Shown here: one piece after another, positions 39,648-54,200 of the stretch
Layout: every line of letters starts with the position of its first letter
Numbering within the stretch: position 1 is the first letter of the stretch
Assembly (NCBI RefSeq): GCF_964355755.1
Contig: NC_092678.1
Span: 16,411,881-16,475,880 of the forward strand
Direction: 5' to 3'
Source: Antedon mediterranea
Taxonomy: Eukaryota; Animalia; Echinodermata
DNA length: 64,000 nucleotides
Translations under genes and position numbers: made by a program
Notes under the pieces: generated by a model
Told to the model about the DNA's origin: nothing
The model's input: the letters and a program-made list of their open reading frames with translations, nothing else
Databases searched by the model: none

Positions 39648-41937
39648 CTTTATTCTTCTTTCTTTCCACGAATTTTGTCCGCAGCACATCTCTATCTTCT
39701 GGCTAACATAAGATTGTGTAACTTTGTCATAAGATTGACCTATAGCTGTAGATGTGCAGCCAAGCTTTTGGACGATTTCGGAGATGCGCAGCGTAAGTTA
39801 CGCGCGATTTTATGAATTTCAATGATTGATCATAGATTAAAAACTAAAAGTCATTTTGTATTGAAACTTGGTGAAAATTTAAGTCATATTATGCGCAAAC
39901 TTTCTATGGATTAAAAATGGCATGTTTCACATAAAATTACGCGCGCACGCGCGTTTAAAATTTCAAAATGCGTAAAATCAATTTCTAATCAATTTTCTAC
40001 GCGTTTCAGGTCATTTTGAGCATTTCAAAAATTCCCACGCGTGCACAATTTTTTTACGCGCGCGTGCGCACTTAGCGCAAAAACATCTTTTTTTTGCTTG
40101 ATTTTTGTTTTTTCAGCCTTTTCTAGTAAATTTACCAATTTTCAATCAATTTCGACTTCAAATCACGTCATACGAGCACGTAGAATTGAACAATTTGCGC
40201 GCGTTTTTGATGAAAAAGTTTAAAAATTCGTCAAAATTATGCCTTTCTTAAAACAGTCATAGATTCTAAACTCCGTGGTGAACTTTTTTCAAAATTTTAG
40301 ATTCTGGAAATAGATGAGTTGCAGATATCAAATCATGCATCGATATGGCTAACCGGACATTTTGACGTCATTGTATGGCCACTCGAATATAAAATATAGG
40401 ATTTTTGTCTTTCTCGCATAGCTCATCACATTTAATAGAGCGCATCTCCACTTATCCGTATTCCATTTCCCCCCATTTTGTTATATTGTCTAGACCAATC
40501 AATTATCTTTCGCATAATCTACCATTTTTGAAATTGTGATGACGTCATCATGTCGAAAAGCGTCAATAACTTTGGTCCCTTATTTTCACCTATTCTGCAC
40601 TGTATGTAGTACGTATACAGAATACAGTGTATAACGTATACACTTTGACGTGACGCAAAATAGAGAGCGCGCTAACATTTTTACATTGGCGTAATCGTTT
40701 TTCTGCGCGCAATATTCTAACGTATGACGTGCACGTGGAGTTTGCGCTGCGGATAACCTAACTCGTCCGTAGTGACGAGTTCAAATCTAGTTCTTTATTC
40801 TTCTTTCTTTCCACGAATTTTGTACGCAGCGTATCTCTAATTCTGGCCAACATAAGATTGTATAACTTTGTCATAAGATTGCCCTGTAGCTGTAGATGTG
40901 CAAGAAACTTTTTTTTATAAATTTTGAGTTGCGCAGCGTAAGTTACGCGCGGTTTTATGAATTTCAATGATTGATCATAGATAAAAAACAGAAAGTCATT
41001 TTGTATTGAAACTTGGTGAACATTTAAGTTATATCAAGCGCAAACTTTCTATGGATTAAAAATGGCAGGTTGCACAAAAAGTTACGCGCGCACGCGCGTT
41101 TAAAATTTCAAAATGCAAAAAATCAACTTCTAATCAACTTTCTACGCGTTTCATGTCATTTTGAGCATTTCAAAAATTCCCAGGCAAGCGCAATTTTTTT
41201 ACGCGCGCGTGCGCACGTAGCGCAAAAACATCTTTTTTTTGTTTGATTTTTGTTTTTCCAGCCTTTTCTAGTAAATTGACCAACTTTCAAACAATTTGGA
41301 CTTAAAATCACGTCATACGAGCACGTAGAATTGAAACATTTGCGCGTGTTTTTGATGAAAAAGTTCGAAAATTCGTGAAAATTATGCCTTTATTTAAAAA
41401 GTCATAGATTCTAAACTCCGAGGTGAACATTTTTAAAATTTCAGATTCTGGAAGTAGATGAGTTGTAGATATCAAATCATGCATCCATATGGCTAACCGG
41501 ACATTGTGACGTCATCGTATGGCCACTGGAATATAAAATATAGGATTTTTGTCTCTTTCGCATAGCTCATCACATTTAATAGAGCGCATCTCTACTTATC
41601 CGTATTGCATTTCCCCCCATTTTGTTATATTGTCTAGGTCAATCAATTATCTTTCGCATGGTTAACAATTTTTAAGATTGTTATGACGTCATCATTTGCA
41701 AAAGCGTCAATAACTTTGGTCACTTATTTTCACCTATTCTGCATTGTATGTAGTACGTATACAGTATATAGCGTATACCGTATATACTTGGACGTGACGC
41801 AAAATAGAGGGCTCACTAACATTTTTTTCAATGGCATAATCGTTTTTCTGCGCGCAATATTCTAACTTATGTGTCATGCGCGTGGCTTTTGCGCTGCGGA
41901 TAACCTAACTCGTCCGTAGTGACGAGTTCAAATCTAG
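30556..41937 (+). mobile_element. Cluster of nine ~1.15-1.25 kb non-autonomous Helentron/Helitron2-like (HINE) units
   Basis: 5' head GGTTATCCGC-ACTTG-GCGGATAACC followed by poly-T. 3' subTIR TGCGGATAACC, hairpin AACTCGTC-CGTAGT-GACGAGTT and CTAG ends at 31847, 33567, 34774, 35926, 37072, 38220, 39558, 40790 and 41937. T-rich junctions, no TSD. Confidence 0.85.
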
Positions 41938-41948
41938 TTTTCCTTTGG

Positions 41949-42012
<64 letters not shown>

Positions 42013-42049
42013 ACAACAGGCAAAGAACATTAATTCTAATATTAAATAA

Positions 42050-42227
42050 AATATACCAGTGATTTTGTATAACCGTTGTGATGATATTTTGTAAATTTGC
42101 GCAAAAATAACAAAGAACGACTACACAATAGAACAATCGCAACAGAAGAGCTGACGACCGTGATTGGTCACAAAAGTACAAGCTTTTCGTGGGGCGAACC
42201 AAAGGCGGCTATAAAATACCGGGTACT
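42050..42227 (+). promoter_or_regulatory. Orphan inverted paralog of the H2A promoter
   Basis: Reverse-complement match to ~16016-16190, including GATTGGTCAC and GGCTATAAAA; no H2A CDS follows. Confidence 0.85.
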
Positions 42228-43743
42228 AGGGTCTGTTTCTGCTGAAAAAAATAACAATAATTGATTTTTCCTAAGTACCACAAACCACAGAATTGACCGC
42301 GTTGCAACTGAAAATGTTCTCCGACGTTAATCGGTTCTGGTAATCACTTTTTAAAAATCACGTCATCCTTACCAACAGCGCAGTTCAAGTTATGGAAGGC
42401 CGATGAGAGTTGGTTTGTTTACATCATATCGTTGCCTAAAACTTTCACATGTAGGATTAAAAATAAAAATATTGAACTCTTACGTAAAGCTATATTATTT
42501 GTAAAATAAACATCTATGCCTACTAGTCCGGTGGCAGGAGGGGGGAATCACCACCCGAAAGGGGACAAATTGCCATCCAACTTTTCTAGACCAGAATTTT
42601 CCGTGGATTACGAATATGGAAGGTAATCGATCAGGATAGGAAGCGTTTTCGAGATATAAGGGGTCAAAGTTCAAAATTGACCAATTACAACAATGTATTA
42701 TGTATATGTATTATAACAAATTTATTGAATCACAATTTAATCTTTTATTACATTTTTATGATTATGTGTCTATTCAATGACATTTTTTTTATGAAAAAAA
42801 AAATCCTTTGTGATTAAGGGTCAAATGTCAATATTGACCAATCATAGAACGTACCTATAAAACGAAATAAAAACTAATATTTAACAAAAATTGGACATAA
42901 GGTCAATTTCATCAGTTGACATAAGGTCAAAGGTCAACATTTTAATACGCGTATTAGTTAACAAATAAATGCAAAGTTGTCCAAACTATGATATTGATAG
43001 TTTTACAAGTAATCAAATTATTTGATCAGTAAAGTTATGTTATTTCATTATAATTTTTATTAATATAATTATAATGCTGTATTTAATCAAATCAGACTAC
43101 GATCAAGATAGGAAATGAATAGAAAGAGATAATGGGTCAAAGATCAAAATTGACCAATTATAACATTGTATTATATACATATGTATTATAACCAATTTAT
43201 TGAAGTTCAATTTGGTCTTTTAATACATTTGTATGGTTATAGGTATCTATCTATTCAGTCGCCTTATAAAATACTTTGCACTTAAAGGTAAAATGTCAAT
43301 ATTGACCAATCAAAATTTACAAAAAATACAATCTAAAAGAGACAAAAGACAAATGTTATGTTTTATCATTCTGACATCAATCATACACAATCAAAAGAGC
43401 ACATTCATCATTACACGAGTTGACATAGGTCAAAGGTCAACATTTGAACAAGCGGTATACTAAATAATGCAAAGTTATTCAAACTATGAGATCGATCGTT
43501 ATTTGATCAGTGAAGTTATGGTATTTTTTCTAGTGCGCATTATTTTAAATGTATTAGTCCATGGCTGGAGGGGGTTACCGTGCACGCCACCCCCCCCCCC
43601 ACAGTTAAACTTCTTTGGTATCATTTTCTTCCCACGGACATATAGAGTGAAAAAATCGATGTTAACAAGAAAAATATATAGTATTATCTTGGTACCATTG
43701 TGTAGCATACATCTTTTAAAATCTTATAAAATTTAAATAAAAT

Positions 43744-45230
43744 CTTAGAGTCTTAGAGATTTAATTCCCACGTTATTAGTAAAGCATAATGGGATAATAG
43801 AATACTTCAAGCTCATGAATGCTATTCCTATTGAATGGAAGGAAGTATTGGCACGACATAGATTAGAGAAAGAACAAGTTAATGTTGATATTAAAAATGA
43901 ATTATTCAAATCAAATGTTAAAACAGGTTTTTATGATAAGTTTATATTTGAACTAAAGACAGTGCCAATCTCCCAAGTAAAATGGGAAGCAGAGTTTTTA
44001 AATAAGACTATGGTATGGAACAAAATATGGAATAATAAAGTCAAAGATATGAAACATATGGTAAAAGTTGCGCAATTCAATTTTAAACTTTTACATCGCA
44101 TACTTGTTTGTAATAAAAGATTACATATTTGGAAATTGTCTAAAACTAATATTTGCGATAGATGTAAGAATGTGATAGAAAACGAAGAACATATGTTACT
44201 TAAGTGTAAAGTGATTAAGCCAGTTTGGAGGAAATTCAATAATCTTATTGTTGAATGTTTTCCTAATGAAACGCCAATACATTGGTTTGATATAGTTACT
44301 GGTTCCAAAGATAAACTTGTAAATGAGCTAACATCTATCTTTACGTTTTGTATATACAAATCCCGCATAAGGCTTAGTTTATTAGATAACATGATGGGTA
44401 ACGAATCAAAAAGTATCTTGAATATGTTTAAGTTTGAATTAAAAAATCTTATAGAAAATGAATACGCATGTAATCAGTATAAAGCAGTTATAAAATGGAA
44501 TGATGTTAAAATTAAATTATTAGAATTCATAAAATAAGAAAAATATAAAACTAGTACAAGCTGTAGTGTAAAACTAACACCTAGACTTATACTAAAACTA
44601 ATACATGATAGAAATAAATGTATTAGGGTAAAACATAGACTGAAACACACGGTCAAACATATAAGTAAACAAACTGGTAAATGTAAAGGGCCAACATAGT
44701 AAGAAAATAACTTTAAAGGAATAGAAATAGTGGAATGAAACAAATGTTATACAAGGCCAAAACATAAAAAGTAGCATATAATGTGTTTATAATAACTAGA
44801 TTAAACTGATTCGTAAATGTAAATAGGTATATTAATGTGTGTATGTGTGTATATATTTGTAACGGATGTAATATAAGGTCAAAAGAAATAAAGAAACAAA
44901 TTGTGAGTACTGATTTAAGATATAATAAAAGAAACAGCTACTTTTTAATACATTTCTTAATATAAAGTAAATTTAAATGATAAATAGTTGTACTTTTACT
45001 ATAACTTGCAATAAACATAAAATGTACGTTTTTAAAGCATAATTTTACTCCATCGATTTTATGTACATGTATAGATATAGTGCCTTTTTAGCTGTTATAT
45101 TGCATTTTATTGTTCTTTATTTTTATAAAAATGTATGTATGTTATATAATATATATTTGTAAAAGGAATGAATAAATGTGGGTGACCCCCACGAAAGAGA
45201 AAGAAAAAAAAAAAAAAAAAAAAAAAATAA
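43744..45230 (+). mobile_element. 5'-truncated L1/Tx1-clade LINE (ORF2 C-terminal zinc finger, 3' UTR, poly-A)
   Basis: ORF 43815-44537 with FNFKLLHRIL...CDRCKNVIENEEHMLLKC...VW; AATAAA and poly-A at ~45204-45227; apparent TSD TTAAATAAAAT (43733-43743, 45231-45241). Confidence 0.85.
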
Positions 45231-45593
45231 TTAAATAAAATTAATCGGACGATTAGTATGGTCAGTAGAGGTCAAAAGGTCATTGACGTTTTTGCAAAAT
45301 GCAAATTTTTCCCAAAATATAGATAAATTTCAATATCGTATCTACAATTTTCAATATTTTTTATCTTAATTGTGTTTTACTTGTGCTTACTGACATATTG
45401 AATAAGAAAATATATGTTAACAAGATAAAAATTGCAGTTCATTATACACAAATTATACACTATTATTGTTACCCCCTACCCCAAAAAATGTATTTTTATT
45501 GCAATTTTTAGCAATAAAAAATAACAATTTGTATATAATAAACTGCAATTTTTATCTTGTTAACATATATTTTCTTATTCAATATGTCAGTAA

Positions 45594-45772
45594 AGCTTGG
45601 TTCCCACTAGAACGTAACGCAAGGACGTAAACGCAACGCAAGCGTTTTAACCAATGACGAACGAAGTTATAGACAGTTAGCAATCACAAGCGAATAAGCC
45701 ATCGCTTGTGATTGGTCAATTTACTTGCGTTGCGTTACGTCCATGCGTTGTGTCGCTAGTGGGAACCACGCT
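45594..45772. mobile_element. PIF/Harbinger (Tourist-like) MITE, 179 bp
   Basis: TIR AGCTTGGTTCCCACTAG / CTAGTGGGAACCACGCT, TSD TAA; empty site present in the opposite arm of the host palindrome (~45383-45394). Confidence 0.9.
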
Positions 45773-46539
45773 TAAGCACAAGTAAAACACAATTAAGATA
45801 AAAAATATTGAAAATTGTAGATACGATATTGAAATTTATCTATATTTTGGGGAAAAATTTGCATTTTGCAAAAGGTCAATGACCTTTTGACCTCTGCTGA
45901 CCTTAATAATGTTCCGATTAATTTTATTTAAATTTTAAAAGATTTTAAAAGATGTATGCTACACAATGTTACTAAGATAATACTAATTAGATGTTGGATT
46001 CTTGGGTTATTAGGATAAATGTTACCCCCTACCCCAAAAAATATTTGAAGATAAAACACTGATCATTACAAATGACGCAAGTGCATACAATGCATCCCTA
46101 TATTTTTCTTGTTAACATCGATTTTTTCACTCTATATGTCCGTGGGAAGAAAATGATACCAAAGAAGTTTAACTGTGGGAGGAGGGGGGGGGGGGTGCAC
46201 GGTAACCCCCTCCAGCCCATGGACTATATTATAATACTGTAAAATAAATAATAAAATTAATATTATGACTGTTAAAATGTTATGATGTTAACATGTTACG
46301 CTCACCTTCAATGATTTGCCACTACACAGTTGCATTTACTAGGGCTACAATATTCGTTTTTGGAAAATAAACTACTATTCATCAGAACCAGAGAATACCA
46401 ATTCGTCCACAGGATAGGGCATAGGCAGATCCAGGTGGCCAAACTCAATCCACAACTCACTACACAGACAGACCACAATGTTTATATAGCCACAGATAGT
46501 TTGGCACATACACGAGAGAGTTGCTTGTACACAAAGGAT

Positions 46540-47410
46540 TCTAAAATAACCCATATGGATTTGCCCGAATGAACCCTCTAAGGACCCTTTTGGAAACTCT
46601 ATGTGGTGTAACTTAACTCTTCCCTGGTGGTGTGCTACATAATGCCCTGTATTAGAAATTAATATGGGGTAAATAGTTCAGATGAACTATAGAATAAAAC
46701 TAAATGCGCCAAGGGCCGACCTTCATGGACCTTTCGGGGTTCTCTATGTGGGGCTACAAGAGACCCTATATTGGAAACACTGTATGTGGGGTGAAAATGT
46801 GGGGTCATAGAGATATAATAAATATCCCTGTGCACCCTCGATCATCCATAAGGAACATTTATGGATTTGCCCAAATTAACCCAAGGGGCGGTCATCCTCC
46901 ATGGATGGACATTAAGCCCCATAATGGAAATATAATGGGTGACGCTGTGGGTTCATATAGACAGGCGGGGTCCATGGAATAAAGCTGCCTGTGCACTCTC
47001 CATCCTTAAGGAACACTTACGGATTTGCCCAAATTAACCCAAAGGCCGGTCCTCCATGGACATTCAGTCCCATAATGGAAATATAAGTGGTGACAATGTG
47101 GGTTTACATAGACAGGCACATGGAATAAAGCTGCCTGTGCACTCTCGATCCTTAAGGAACCCATATGGATTTTGCCTAAAATAAAACAGGTCATCTACTT
47201 AGACCCTTCTGTGGTTCTCTACTGTATGTTTAGTTCTACATTTGGCCCCTGTATCGGATCAATGCATTTGGCTACATTTAAGTTACTATGTTAGAAATAT
47301 ATCGGGTAACTGAAACTGTTGGTTCCAAGATTAAGCTATGGGAAAAGCTTGTCTGTGCACCCTCAATCCTTTTAAAAGGAACCCATATGGATTTGCCAAA
47401 ATGAACTAAG
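46540..47410 (+). repeat. Imperfect repeats with CCCATATGGATTTGCCC / CTGTGCAC motifs
   Basis: Motif recurs near 46550, 46860, 47020, 47160 and 47380. Confidence 0.65.
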
Positions 47411-49389
47411 GGTACTTCTGGATTCTCTATGAGCCGTACATTCCGTTTATTGGAGATACATGGATACCTGAATGAAGTTGCTCAAATGTTTCTGAAAGAC
47501 ATTGTACTGTTAGTAGTAGTAGTAGTAGTATTCCCCTTCCACACCTCTTTGAATGAAATCAGGCCCGATAGGCTCTTATGTACAGAATTTCAAAGGTCAA
47601 AGTTGCTAAAAATGGGGTTTCCAGTCAATTTTACAAAGAAAGTTCTGTTAGAGCTAATATAAATATTACATGCAAACATCATTAGCCTGGACTGGGAGGG
47701 ATGTAACGGTGTACTTGTAACGCAGAATCCTGGAGTCTCTCGGTATAATTCTCCCCCACAAAATAAAGAAAAATTCGGTTAAAACATGCAATGGATTGAG
47801 TTATTTCATTTTTCGCCGTTTCTGCTGCCCAAAAATAATCGATTAAAAAATAATCGGTTAATAATCGACTATTTCTGCTCAGCAGAAACAGGCCCAATGT
47901 AATAGTTTCATGCTGTTTTGTTGATATAAGTTTACGGTACACCACGTATGTTAATTATGAAAAGAATTGTTGAGTTTCTCGACGTTTTGATCAATATGCT
48001 TTGATCGTCCTCAGTGTTTGCTTACATAAACATCTACAGCATCATGTTTTTATAGCCATGTCAGTTTTGTTGTTAAAGATTAAAATATGCACGCGCATGT
48101 ATGTGTATTATATATGTACATAATAGAAAAATACGACTACAATGACTGTTTTTTCGACAACTTTATTTAAGCGTTAAATTACGTTTACATTGTAACTAAG
48201 ATACAGTTGAAATAAACAATTTAAGTTACCTAGATACAGTGCGTAATCATCTCCTTCAATTCACTACACCATTTAACAATTAGCAATAATAAAATACTTA
48301 TTTAAACACGGTAAGTTTTTATCTTTTCGTTAAATTAAAATTCGATGATTTAGAAGATGACATAGGCCGTAGCACGTTAGGTCAATACGTTTCTAATATT
48401 GTGAACTACTGTAGTGACGTTACTAAAATATAGGCTGTGGCACAATTACAGACTTAGTTTAGTCTTCGGCCAACTAAAAAAGCACCGAATTTGACCTGTA
48501 CTCGATCAAAGATATGCTTATATATCTACTAATAAAGTACTCACTCAATTCAACCATACGCTGGATTGTGCAAATTCTTACCGAACATCATAAGACATAA
48601 CGTGAAATAAAATTTAAGCCATTTACATATTAGGCCTTGTATATATATATCTTGTTTAAGCAATTATATCAGCGCCAGACTGAACACATATCGGACGACG
48701 TATGCCTATCATGATTAAGAAGAATAAATTGACGTTGAAAATATGTTTACAAAGCGCCCTTCGCTAATAATTGATCTCCTGACCCCTGACCAACGTACGA
48801 GATAACTAGCAATGGTTTTTGAACGTCAAGGATACAGTCTGATAAAGATACATATTACAGTTTGATACACGCATGCGCAATAAGTGACTTTAACTATGTA
48901 GGAACGTGTAGATTATCTTGGTTTTTATTTAGAATAAAAGTGCTTTGTTCTGCTACACTGATAACTATATTATTTCATTCGAATGATTTACAATATTAAG
49001 CAAATTATAATTACTAGATGGTACGCTCGCTTCGCTCGCGTACCATCTAGGTCGTGACCACAGATGGTTCTCGAATACATAATAATTTCAGCGTTAAAAA
49101 ACTGGCGATTTCAAATATATGTACCGCAGGACAATAATACATGTCGTTTACAGCCTACAGGAACGAATAAATAGACACTGTAATTTATGTACTCAACTAA
49201 AATTAGCACCATGGGAATTACTTCCGAAAGAGAAACTTGTCACAAAATGAGACCAATTGTTTAAGTCAAATTTAAACTAACTTGATTTGTGTTTTGTATG
49301 TAACATTAGGGTTGAGGGATGGGGAAGAGGATGGGTGCAAAGAGGAACAATTTTTAAATATTATTCTTTATCCATTTAGTAACGAAATA

Positions 49390-49712
49390 TTAATTGAACT
49401 TATTCAACCTTATGTTCCTAAGCGGTCTCTGAGATCTAGATCTGAGTCTCTTCTTGCCCATATATTTCATCCATCCACTAAGTTTTATGGAAATCGTTCA
49501 TTTTCTTCGGCATCCGTTTTTCTATGGAATGCGTTGCCTATTGAAATCCTTCAGGCTACTTCCACCAGTGCAGTGTCTTCAAATCTCTCCTCAAAACCCA
49601 CTTTTTAATTTGTAAATTTCTAAATTGTTCTGTCTTTGTAAAGCGCATTGAGGCTTTCAGCATAATGCGCTATATCAAGTACCAGTTATTATTATTATTA
49701 TTATTATTATTG
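49390..49712 (+). mobile_element. 3' end of an L2-clade LINE
   Basis: YVPKRSLRS...YGNRSFS...LWNALP; 3' stem AGCGCATT...AATGCGCT and (ATT)n tail. Confidence 0.82.
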
Positions 49713-51265
49713 TTTTCATGTTTTACAAATAATATACCACTAAACACAGTAAAACATTGCGATGTAATACTTTGTTGAAACTATCACCGTCCTAGTCGAT
49801 TGAAATAGTACAGTAGCCCCTACATGTAACGATACATCACTACGACGTGTATATGTTTATATAATGTAAAACAATTTGTAAAAACCACCTCTATTCGGGG
49901 AAAATCATAAATTCGATTTAATCGTCAATAAATATTAAATTATCTAAATCAACTTAATTAGTAGGCCTAATTGTTTTCAATTGTTTCCTAGAGCCAATTC
50001 ATACTTAAGTTGGTTCCTACTCTACCCACAAAAGTTGTTCTGCGTTTAGGGCATGTGATGTACCGTAGGCCTATCCTCTACTGGTTTTACAACGCTACTC
50101 ATGCCAGTGAGGGAAGGGTGATGATGTGGGTGGTTTAACTGCAATAATAAAGATTTATACATAATATACGGCGAGTGAAAACGCTAGCTCTTTATCCGTT
50201 TAAAAAAAAATTTATATCCAACCTCTGCAGCAGAGATTGAAAAAAAAATGGATCGAATTTCTGTTATGAGTATACAGTACTTGCCTTTACGACGCCTGAG
50301 GGAATAGACACTTGTGGAACAGAGATTGGAATGTTCCATTCATCGCAAATCAATACATTTGTATAAACGTATATTAAATCTATCAAAATAGTATTTTTAA
50401 AGAAAATCGGCATGTCTTCAACATTATGATGCTGTACTCGAGCTGTTCAACCGGTTTTCAGCCATTAAAAACAATTATCGTAGGAGGAGATAGAAAAATG
50501 CGAAGCATCCTCGTATTATCGTCTGCGGGTTATTTTCAAGACGGACATCCATTAGACAGTGTATACCACGATCGAAAAACACCCCTATTTGGGGCAAATC
50601 GTTGAACCTAAATTCGTTTTAATCGTCAATAACTAATTATCGAACTCAATTTAATTAGTAAACAGGGTTACATCAGGCGGTTAAAATTAGTACCGAAAGT
50701 ACGAACCAACTTTATATACCATCGAGTAAACATTCTAGAAATAACGCGCGATTTACTGAATTTTGCCCTTACGTAAATTTATATATAGATTTTAGTAAAA
50801 ACAATTATAAAATGTCATTATACGTAAGATAAATAACAATAGCTGTACTGTAATTACAATAATAAATAGTAAGCAGTGCCACCAGTGGCCCGGCATTTCG
50901 TAACACGATTTTATATATGTATGAAACGTCATGCGTGACAAAAACATAATATTTTATTATTATTAGGCCGAATCGCGATTAATAGTACTACACTAGGTCG
51001 AAACATTCAAAATATTTAAGAACAATCAAAAATGATTTACTCATGTGAAAACAAAATTGAATTTTGAATAATTTACAGCAATACTTTCCGATACGCAATG
51101 TAAATACCAAACATATTACAATTAAAACAATTAAGTATGAATTGAAAATATTTTCTATGTAAATTTCAAGGTTACATTTTCGATTGAATATAAAAACCAC
51201 AATAGGAAGGAAATCTATAGTTGCATAATATTTGCGAAAGTTGAATATGACTGAAATGTCATGAT

Positions 51266-54200
51266 TTAGCAGCAGTCTTTTTTCATTTTCAAAACTCCAT
51301 TATACTTCAGGCCACTGTCATCATCTGTTGAAAAGATAGAAATATGTTAAATGAGCACAGTGGCATAAAACCTAATCATCATTATCACAAAAGTATATTA
51401 TTGCCAGTTAATTAGTTGATTTCGTATGACGTAGAACTGGTTATTTCGTTCTTTTCAATGGTCAGCGCATTTTTACCATTTAAGGTCCATTTACACTAAG
51501 GCGATAACGATCGACGATAAATAGGTAAACATACATTTTTTTTTAAATAAAACAAAAGAAATTAGGGGTTTCGTTCTAGAACTATAGGATAATCATTTAT
51601 ACTGTATTTTATAAAAACATTTTTTTAAAATCTAATCAAATGACGTCATGATCAATAAAACAATAAAATCGTTATATTGTCACGATATTATTGCTCTTAC
51701 TAATCATAACGTCATTTGATTGGACATGTGGAATTATTATTGTCATCAAAGGCAGCATAGATGAAAATCCTATAGTTTAATTCTTTTGATTTAGGTATGA
51801 AAAATGCATATTTATCTTTTTCGTCGATCATTATCGCCTTAGTGTAAATGGGCTTTTAAGATTGTGGCACTTAAAAAAACACACTAAAGGAAAGACAGGT
51901 AGCTCAAGTTTGACCAATCACAAGCGACAGTTCAGATGAGGCGTCAAATTACTCGCATTGGACGACCGTGACAGTGAGAGTCGGAGCTAAATAATGATAT
52001 AAACTCACACAGCCAGTTGCCCTCACTAGTTCCAGCCGTCTTGAAGTCCGGCAAACTTTTTGTCAAAGAGTCCCAGGCGTCTTTACTGATAAACACCCAC
52101 GTTGCACCATGATCTTTACTGCGCATGTAACTGCGCATGTCCATGTGAAGGCCATAGATAAGTCCTGTAAGCTGGTCAGATCCAATGACATTGTGTACGT
52201 TCATTGGTAGAGCTATTCAAGAATATTTATATTTTTATACATATTATAATGATAATAGTATAGGGATATATTTTTCATTTTGACATAAGAAAAATATTAA
52301 TATATGCAATGTTCTGTTTATGTGCCTTTTTTTTAAATCGAAAAAAGTGAGAAAATGAAAGTCATTGTTGTTTGGGCGCTAAGCATTCAAGGAAGGATGT
52401 ATTGACAAAAAAAATGTAGGCACTACGCCTAACCATTCATTGATAGTTGTCTGCAAATCCAAACATCACCGGGAGACAATATCAGTGTTTTGCCTATTGC
52501 GTATCGATTTATCAAGTTAGAGATTCCTCTTACTGTCCATATCGATGTGTATGATGACCCGTGGCAGCAAAGCTCTAAGTATGGAAGGTTTTGATATATC
52601 AGCCAGCCTCAGGTCAGTGCTATTCGTTGAGGGACATTACGAAAACAATCGTCATTGTTTTACCTTTCCAGCGTCCATCTGGTGGATTATCTTGTACATA
52701 GCAGGACGGAACAATCTTGTCTGATAGACGTCCAACTGAAGGGTTACAAGCAAAAATGACGTCATTATCCGGATCGTCCAACTTCTTAGTTATGACAAAA
52801 CCCTGGTCATAATAATCTGTCGAAATAAGACAAAAAACATCGATAAATTAATCCACAAGGCCTTATTCATCTTGTTGATGTTGTATTGATGCTTCATAAA
52901 AATTGCTAAAAGTCATATGGATAGAAACCAAACCATGTCAAGATGATAAAATAGGAACGAGGAGTATATAGCAACATTATACTACTCTGTTTTGTTTAGG
53001 TAGTCATCATTTTAGGAGTTCTTGTCTCTTTTTTATATAGGTTACGCGTCAGTGTTGACAAAGTAATTTGAGTTCATAAGCAACTTGTGATATATTAGCT
53101 ATACCGTCAGGACTCTTTATTCCAAACTTACCTGGAACTGGGCATTTACTAGGATCACTGACACACACAGTATGTTTTCCGTTTTCACACTTATGAGCAC
53201 CAGCAACGCAAGCATCGCACTGGCTAGATGCCCCATCATAATGGCAGACGTCTGTCTGAGATTTGGTCCATTTGCTGTACCTCATCACAGCTTCTTTTGC
53301 AGGTCCTAGTACTGGTTCTGGTGTACCCTCATCTGAAGAAAATACTGGTTCTGGTGTTCCCTCATCTGAAGAAAAAGTATATAATAATGGAAATACTTTC
53401 TCTTATTTTGCTGAAACTCTTTTTCTAATAGACAATATTTGTGTGCTACTTTATTACAAAATTGCAGTTGTAACTATTCTAAAGGTATATTGTGGCAACC
53501 AAGTGCCCAATCTCAACGCAACAATTTGTCCTTAGGTCAAAGTTTAAAACATTATTGCATTTATCCTATAATTATCCGATTTGAATGTGATTATTATCGG
53601 TTAATTTTTCTGCAGCGGAATCAGTTAAACCCCATTTCCACATGAACTTTATCGGTTAATTATCGGTTAAGTTTATCGGTTAAGGTTTATCGGTTATTGT
53701 TTGGCTGCTCTGCAACATGGTCTTGTGCAGTACGTAAGAACCATGGATTTAGCGTACCGTGTTCAAAATCTAACATATGATACTCGCAGATAGCTGGTAG
53801 GATAGCGGTGCAGTCCATTATGTCCCAGTCACCAAGATCAGTACTGACATCTCTTGTATCGTAGACATCTACAAAAGCCGCAGCTCCGCAGTCTTCAGTC
53901 AGACTTGTTCCGGGTCTGTTTGGTAGCCATTTTGTAAAAGACGCCGATGACCCGTTTGTCCACTTGAAAGTATCAGTACCCTAGAACATATAAATTGTTA
54001 TAATTTAAGTCATAAGAAGTATTATAAACGGCATGTCATGTGATTAATAATAGACATGTCCTGTCAAAGTAAGTTACGTCCCCTTTCTCGTGTAGTTAGC
54101 ATGGCCAGTTCATTACGGTGATTACGAGTGACACGGGGTCTGATAGCCATTCTCACCGCAACGTCTTTCAGCCCAATCCAGTATTTGTATGGCGAGAGTG

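Larger units (their letters stand above)
43555..46226. mobile_element. Academ-like non-autonomous, largely palindromic element with two nested insertions
   Basis: TAGTCCATGG...CCATGGACTA termini, long inverted arms, 3-bp TSD TAT. Confidence 0.8.

Noticed and set aside
30923-41865. Short recurrent ORFs in the Helentron-like units
   Set aside because: Not kept open across copies and no Rep or helicase motifs.
42228-47896. One 5.7-kb composite element bounded by GGGTCTGTTTCTGCTG / CAGCAGAAACAGGCCC
   Set aside because: The inverted match is real but no TSD is visible; these could be ends of separate related elements.
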